Below are positions 25,714-32,116 of a DNA stretch of 32,116 nt, one piece after another. The notes beneath the pieces are model-generated. The model had not been told where the DNA came from. It was given only the letters and a program-made list of their open reading frames with translations, and made no database searches. The position numbers were made by a program, and so were the translations under genes. The DNA is taken from NCBI GenBank assembly GCA_965649295.1, contig CBFGKH010000013.1:1-32116 (forward strand), read 5' to 3'. This DNA is from a candidate division WOR-3 bacterium (GTDB lineage: Bacteria > Hydrothermota > Tepidihabitantia > Tepidihabitantales > Tepidihabitantaceae). Position 1 is the stretch's first letter. The number at the start of each line of letters is the position of its first letter.

Positions 25714-27131
25714 TGGTCGAACCTAGTCCAGGGGCCCAACCGGCGCCCGGCGAGGAAATCGCCGCGCCGGAACTGGCCCAGGACACCCCCGAGACCGAGA
25801 TTGCTCATCTGAATAAGAGTCAGTTTCTGCCAGTGCTGCGCAATCCTGAGTTTTCGTTGTTTTCGTTCTCGCAGGCGGTGTCGCTCTTTGGTGACAAGCT
25901 CGACTACATGGCACTGCTGGCGATGATTGCCTACTTTGCCAACGAGTATGGCTGGAACTCATCGAAAGCGATGTCGTTTCTTTCGGTCGTCATTGCGTTG
26001 CCGACAATCATCTTCGGGCCGCTGGCCGGTATCCTCGTTGACCGCTGGGACCGGCGCAAGGTGATGGTTGTTTGCGACTCGCTGCGAGCGCTGTTGGTCT
26101 TTGCGATTCCGGCGGTGGCGCTGGCAACTGCTCAACTGCCACTGGTCTATGTGCTGGCGTTCGCCGTGTTTCTGTGCGGGCTTTTCTTTCAGACCGCGCG
26201 GCTAGCAATTATTCCCAATCTTGTCGGTTCGGACCGGCTCTTGGGGGCGAACTCGTTGCTAAATCTCACCGGTCGGGTGGCCACGTTTGCCGGGGTGCTG
26301 CTCGGAGGGTTGATTGTTGACTGGTCGTTCTGGCCGCGAATCGGTGTTAGGCCGGCCTGGACTGCTGGTTTCTACATTGATGCCATCACTTATCTCGTAT
26401 CGGTGGTAGCGCTAGTCGTCATCTTCAGTCGGTTGCGACAACGCTGGCACCAGAGCGGTCAGCAGGGCAGGCGACCGGCTGACGCCAGACTGTTCCTTGA
26501 CCAGCAGGCCAGGATGATTCACGAAGTGCGCGAGGCCTGGGGGCTGGTGCGGCGCGAACCGGTCGTGCTCTTTGTCTATGCGGCAATCATGGTGATGGTC
26601 ATACTGGGGGCGGCGGTCTTTGTGCTCTATGTGCCGCTGGTTCAGGGAGCGGGGGTAGCCGGCACTGCCGGGCTCGGCCTGGGTACGCGCGGGGTTGGCT
26701 TCATTGGGGCAATCGGTTCGGTCGGACTGGTGCTTTCGGCGATGGGGTATGGCATTATCGGACATCGTACAAACAAGCCGCTCGTGATGATTGGCTGTTT
26801 TGCTGTGCTGGGACTGGTTGCAATCAGCATGGCGTTGCTCCGGTCGTTTGTCCTGATGGCGCCGTTGGCGTTCTTGGCCGGACTGGCGCTGTCGCCAATC
26901 TATATCGGTATGGATACCTTGCTGCACGAGGCGGTGCCAGAAGCAGTGCGGGGCCGAATCTTCTCGGTGCGCGAGTGGCTGTTGCATCTCACGTTTGCCC
27001 TGGCCGCGCTGATTGTTGGCCAACTGACCAGTGTTCTGTCGAATCGACCGCTTCTGGCCGGAGTCGGCGTGTTCGTGCTGGTGGCAAGTGGTGCTGGGTT
27101 ACTACTCACCCGTCGCCGCGGATTGGTTTAG
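25713..27131 (+). CDS. MFS transporter (12 TM, MefA/EntS/LplT-like)
   Basis: Motif A GILVDRWDRRKVMVVCD, SQAVSLFGD, VP..VRGRIFS; coupled to the GT4 stop by TGATG. Confidence 0.9.
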   Translation: MVEPSPGAQPAPGEEIAAPELAQDTPETEIAHLNKSQFLPVLRNPEFSLFSFSQAVSLFGDKLDYMALLAMIAYFANEYGWNSSKAMSFLSVVIALPTIIFGPLAGILVDRWDRRKVMVVCDSLRALLVFAIPAVALATAQLPLVYVLAFAVFLCGLFFQTARLAIIPNLVGSDRLLGANSLLNLTGRVATFAGVLLGGLIVDWSFWPRIGVRPAWTAGFYIDAITYLVSVVALVVIFSRLRQRWHQSGQQGRRPADARLFLDQQARMIHEVREAWGLVRREPVVLFVYAAIMVMVILGAAVFVLYVPLVQGAGVAGTAGLGLGTRGVGFIGAIGSVGLVLSAMGYGIIGHRTNKPLVMIGCFAVLGLVAISMALLRSFVLMAPLAFLAGLALSPIYIGMDTLLHEAVPEAVRGRIFSVREWLLHLTFALAALIVGQLTSVLSNRPLLAGVGVFVLVASGAGLLLTRRRGLV

Positions 27132-27182
27132 AAGATGACGGCTGTTTGCGAGCGGTCAATGATTCGCTTCTGGGAGGATTGA

Positions 27183-28283
27183 GTGGTTGATATTCGAATA
27201 ACGAGAATGGCAATGACTATTGCTCGGTATAGCCTAGCGCTGCAACCGGGCGAGCAGGTGCTGGTTCTTGCGACTGTACCGGCAATGCCGCTGGTGCGCG
27301 AGTTTTTCCGGGTAGCTCTTGAGGCCGGAGCGCTGCCGGTCGTGCGGACAATGCATCCCGAACTGGAGGAGCTACTCTACCGTTATGGCACGGATGAACA
27401 AGTGCGGTTTGTGCCGGCTGCTGAGCGGCTCGACATCGAGACCTGTCAGGCACGGCTGGCAATCCGCGGTGAGGATAATCTCGCCACCCTCGCGGGAATC
27501 GCACCAGCGCGGCTGGCAATCGGCCGCCAGGCCCGTAAGCCGCTGCTCGATATCTTTATGGAGCGAAAAGGCCGGGGCGAGCTGAAGACCTGCCTGACCC
27601 AGTATCCGACTAATGCCAGTGCGCAGCAGGCAGGAATGTCGCTTGCGGACTACGCAGACTTTGTCTTTGCCGCCTGTTTCTGCGACCGACCGGACCCGAT
27701 TCAGGCCTGGCAGCAGCTTTCCCGAGAACAGCAACGCTACGTTGAGCTACTTGCTGGCGTGCGAAATATCCGCATCGAAGGGCCGGGTACCGACCTTTCA
27801 CTTTCAGTGGCGGGCCGGAGATGGATCAATTCGGACGGCCGGGCAAACTTTCCGTCCGGCGAGGTCTTTACCGGTCCGATTGAAGATTCGGCGGACGGCC
27901 GGATAACTTTCGACGTGCCGACGCTTTTCAGCGGTCAACTCGTCGAGGGGATTGAGCTTGAGTTCCGAGCCGGCCGGGTAGTTGCCGCTCGGGCAAATCG
28001 TGGCGAGGCGATGCTCAGCAGTGCTCTTGACACCGATGAGCGAAGCCGTTACCTGGGTGAGTTTGCCTTTGGGCTGAACTACGCTATCCGGCGGCCGACC
28101 GGCAACATTCTCTTTGACGAGAAGATTGGCGGAACCATCCATCTTGCCATTGGTGCTGGCTATCCTGAGACTGGCAGCACCAACCGCTCGGGCATCCATT
28201 GGGATATGATCAAGGACATGAAGCAGGGTCGGGTCGTAGCTGACGGCAAGGTGGTGTACGAGAACGGAAGGTTCAAGGAATGA
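27183..28283 (+). CDS. Aminopeptidase, M29 family (AmpT/PepS-like), paralog 1
   Basis: NFPSGEVFTGP, LGEFAFG.N, NILFDEKIGGTIHLAIG..YP, SGIHWDMI. Confidence 0.94.
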   Translation: MVDIRITRMAMTIARYSLALQPGEQVLVLATVPAMPLVREFFRVALEAGALPVVRTMHPELEELLYRYGTDEQVRFVPAAERLDIETCQARLAIRGEDNLATLAGIAPARLAIGRQARKPLLDIFMERKGRGELKTCLTQYPTNASAQQAGMSLADYADFVFAACFCDRPDPIQAWQQLSREQQRYVELLAGVRNIRIEGPGTDLSLSVAGRRWINSDGRANFPSGEVFTGPIEDSADGRITFDVPTLFSGQLVEGIELEFRAGRVVAARANRGEAMLSSALDTDERSRYLGEFAFGLNYAIRRPTGNILFDEKIGGTIHLAIGAGYPETGSTNRSGIHWDMIKDMKQGRVVADGKVVYENGRFKE

Positions 28284-28370
28284 AATCTCAATACTTCAGT
28301 CTTAGTAGCCCGGCTGGTGCTAGCCGGCACCAGCGGCTGGGCAACCGGACACTAACAACGGAGGTGAATT

Positions 28371-29474
28371 ATGGTTGATGCAAGAGTCGAGAAGCTGGCA
28401 AAGGTGCTGGTGAACTACAGTCTGGCTGTCAAACCCAAGCAGTGGGTAAGGATTGACGGGTCAGCTCAGGCTGCGCCGCTAATCACGGCTGCTTATGTCG
28501 AGGTGTTGAAGGCCGGGGCATATCCGATGCCGCGTGTTTCCCTGCCGGGGCTGTCTTTTCTGGGAATGAAGTATGCGAATGAGGATCAACTCCGGTTTGT
28601 GCCGCCGACCCAGAAGCTTGAGACTGAGCGGCTTGATGCCAGCCTTTCAATTTGGGGCGGCACCAATACTAAGGAGATGACCAATGTTGACCCGAAGAAA
28701 ATGGCAATCGCGCGAGCTGCGAGCCGGCCGATATTCAACCGGTTCTTGAAGCGGATTGGTGATGGCAGCCTGCGTTGGTGCGGAACGCAGTTTCCGACCG
28801 AGGCTTCAGCCCAGGATGCCGAGATGTCGCTCTTTGAGTATCAGGATTTTGTCTATGGTGCGGGGATGCTGGACAAGAAGGACCCAGTGGCGGAATGGCA
28901 GCGGGTCTCGGCGCGGCAGGCGAAGATGGTAGAGTTCCTTGGCCGGCTGCGAACAATCCGAATTGTGGGGCCAGATACCGACCTGACGTTCAATGTTGCT
29001 GGTCGAAAGTGGATAAACTGCGATGGTCATGAGAACTTCCCGGACGGCGAGGGTTTCACTGGCCCGGTCGAGAGCTCAGCCGAAGGGCACATCCGCTATA
29101 CATTCCCGGCCGTTTATGGCGGCAAGGAGGTGCAGAACGTCCGGCTTTGGTTCAAGCAGGGTCGGGTTGTCGAGGCAAAGGCCGACAAGGGCGAGGATTA
29201 CCTGAGTTCGGTGTTAGAGACTGACACAGGTGCGCGTTATGTTGGCGAGCTGGCCTTTGGCACCAACTACGCAATCACCCGTTTCACCAAGAACACCCTC
29301 TTCGACGAGAAGATTGGCGGTACGATGCACATTGCACTTGGTGCTTCGCTGCCCGAGTCTGGCGGTAGGAACAAGTCGGCGGTCCATTGGGATATGGTTT
29401 GCGATACGCGCAACGGCTTCACTGTCTATGGTGACGGCCGGCCAATAATGAAGGACGGCAAGTGGCTTGGGTAG
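28371..29474 (+). CDS. Aminopeptidase, M29 family, paralog 2
   Basis: NFPDGEGFTGP, VGELAFGTN, TLFDEKIGGTMHIALG, SAVHWDMV; SD GGAGGTG. Confidence 0.94.
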   Translation: MVDARVEKLAKVLVNYSLAVKPKQWVRIDGSAQAAPLITAAYVEVLKAGAYPMPRVSLPGLSFLGMKYANEDQLRFVPPTQKLETERLDASLSIWGGTNTKEMTNVDPKKMAIARAASRPIFNRFLKRIGDGSLRWCGTQFPTEASAQDAEMSLFEYQDFVYGAGMLDKKDPVAEWQRVSARQAKMVEFLGRLRTIRIVGPDTDLTFNVAGRKWINCDGHENFPDGEGFTGPVESSAEGHIRYTFPAVYGGKEVQNVRLWFKQGRVVEAKADKGEDYLSSVLETDTGARYVGELAFGTNYAITRFTKNTLFDEKIGGTMHIALGASLPESGGRNKSAVHWDMVCDTRNGFTVYGDGRPIMKDGKWLG

Positions 29475-30020
29475 GTCGGCCTGAGCGAGACAAGGAGTCT
29501 TACTGGTCGTTGCCGGCGGGAGCGTAGAGTTTACCAGGAACTTTCTTTCATCGTTCGCAGTCGGCACGCAGTCCGAAATAGCAAGGGAATGACCTAAGCT
29601 GGGTCAGTCCATGACTCCGTCAAGATGGTTCTCTCCGGCATTGGGAGAGGCCGGCTACCAAGCTCGGTCAGCGGCAGAAGACAAGGGGCTTTGCCTGGGA
29701 CTGATTGAGGCTTCTTCTGGGGCAGGTGGCAAGGCTCGTGGCGAGAGCGGTGCGCAAGCCCAAGCCCCAACGGCAAGTGAGGTTTGTCGGTAGAGGGCTT
29801 TGGCAGCGTGATACCGAAGACATCGGGAAGGAGCTTGGGGAACCACTCCCGGGACGGTAGAGGGGAGGTCAACGCGACTGATGTTATCCAGCTGATGAAT
29901 CGTGAGTTAGGGCACTGCATCGCTGGCACGGGCCGCCGTTAGTCTGCTTGGGGGAATCAGCGGGGTGCAAGCGGCGATTTGCTGACGACTGGTGCCCACT
30001 TTTCGCCTGTAAGATTCCGC

Positions 30021-30048
30021 TTGACAGAGGCGAAACCTGCGTCACAAT
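30021..30048 (+). promoter_or_regulatory. sigma70 promoter of the SWIB-like gene
   Basis: TTGACA (30021-30026), 16 bp, CACAAT (30043-30048). Confidence 0.55.
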
Positions 30049-30135
30049 AGAGGCAGCGGCGAGGCGTTCTCGCCTCAGTCGTGAGAGGTCGATGGTTTAG
30101 CAGCAATTGCCCAAGCGGGCAGAAAGGACGTGTCA

Positions 30136-30417
30136 ATGCCAAGAGGTGCTGCTCTGATGAAACGGACCGTCAAGCTGACGCCGGAGATGATGCCGGTCTT
30201 TGGGCCGGGCAAGGTCATCAAGGTCAGCGATCTGAATAAGAAGTTGTGGGCCTATATCAAGAAGCACAAGTTGATGACCGGCGAGGGCCCGCTGATGAAG
30301 CGCACGGTCACCGTCACCGAGCACATGAAGCCGGTGTTTGGACCGAAGAAGAGTGTCAAGATCGGTGAGATGATGAAGCTGCTCTGGGCTTATATCAAGA
30401 AGAACAAGCTGTTCTAA
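30136..30417 (+). CDS. Small basic SWIB/MDM2-domain protein with internal duplication
   Basis: LMK..VKLTPEM..VFG......KKLWAYIKKHKL pattern typical of SWIB, present twice; SD AAAGGA 7 nt above the ATG. Confidence 0.8.
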   Translation: MPRGAALMKRTVKLTPEMMPVFGPGKVIKVSDLNKKLWAYIKKHKLMTGEGPLMKRTVTVTEHMKPVFGPKKSVKIGEMMKLLWAYIKKNKLF

Positions 30418-30432
30418 CCCAGGGGTATTGAT

Positions 30433-30466
30433 AGGCCGGCCGGTGTTCCCCGGCCGGCTTGCGTTT
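30433..30466 (+). terminator. Probable terminator of the SWIB-like gene
   Basis: AGGCCGGCCGG-tgttcc-CCGGCCGGCTT then GCGTTT. Confidence 0.65.
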
Positions 30467-30683
30467 GTGGGCAGTACGGGCATAAGTTCCGTTCTTGGGA
30501 GTGCTTGCTACGCTAAGTCGGTATCTTGGTACTACAACCGAAGTGGAGATTGACCCCTTGGCTGACATAGTAATCAGTTCTGTGACACCCTCGGCCAGCG
30601 ATGGGAAGTTGTCGGTAGCAACGGCTGCTGTAACTGATTACTTGGCAAGCTGTTAGCAATTTGGACGGTGGGCAAAGAAAAGC

Positions 30684-30745
30684 TTGCGTCGGTCGGTTTT
30701 ATTGCTATGATTCCTGCTTGACTTTGCTCGAGGGTTGATTACCAT
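30684..30745 (+). promoter_or_regulatory. Tandem promoters for the 23S rRNA gene
   Basis: TTGCGT-16-TATGAT with extended TG (30684-30711) and TTGACT-16-TACCAT (30718-30745). Confidence 0.6.
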
Positions 30746-30778
30746 ACAACCGTAGGCAATCGTCAGTTTGACATTTGT

Positions 30779-30790
30779 TGCTCTTTGACA
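30779..30790 (+). promoter_or_regulatory. rrn boxA antitermination element
   Basis: TGCTCTTTGACA, one mismatch to the consensus TGCTCTTTAACA, about 30 nt above the 23S. Confidence 0.8.
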
Positions 30791-30818
30791 ATTTGGAGAA
30801 GAGGCAGGCTGATATTCA

Positions 30819-32116
<1,298 letters not shown>

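Noticed and set aside
54..30483. Many antisense and alternate-frame ORFs (e.g. 54-611, 21035-21709, 23438-24091, 26412-27023)
   Set aside because: Shadow ORFs of well-supported genes in GC-rich DNA, with no motifs or translation signals

Overview
Bacterial chromosomal window of roughly 58-60% GC by eye. The protein styles suggest an uncultured diderm lineage such as candidate division WOR-3 (inference only). Most of it is housekeeping. In order: the 3' end of a PhoR-like histidine kinase; a metallophosphoesterase; a large secreted CARDB/Kelch protein with a T9SS-like C-terminal tail; an operon rpsR-rplI-DUF151-tyrS-DUF3467-tRNA nucleotidyltransferase-M50 protease-ftsK-GNAT-like gene; on the minus strand a ROK kinase, a GlmU-like gene, an orphan ORF, a PKD/beta-propeller lipoprotein and a 3-repeat secreted protein; then rpsO-pnp-M16 peptidase-aminotransferase-GT4-MFS-two M29 aminopeptidases; a small SWIB-like protein; and the 5' part of a 23S rRNA gene. 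Highlights: (1) a promoter-bounded ~113-nt structured RNA candidate at 19136-19248 that I cannot assign to a known family; (2) a 23S gene with its own promoters and boxA and no 16S upstream (unlinked rRNA); (3) a SWIB-like protein built from two near-identical halves; (4) a beta-clamp-like QTSLF motif inserted in a ROK kinase; (5) a terminator whose loop is the -35 of a probably leaderless gene; (6) a bias toward 16-bp promoter spacers. No mobile element, CRISPR array or tRNA was recognised. All assignments come from motif recognition by eye, without database searches.
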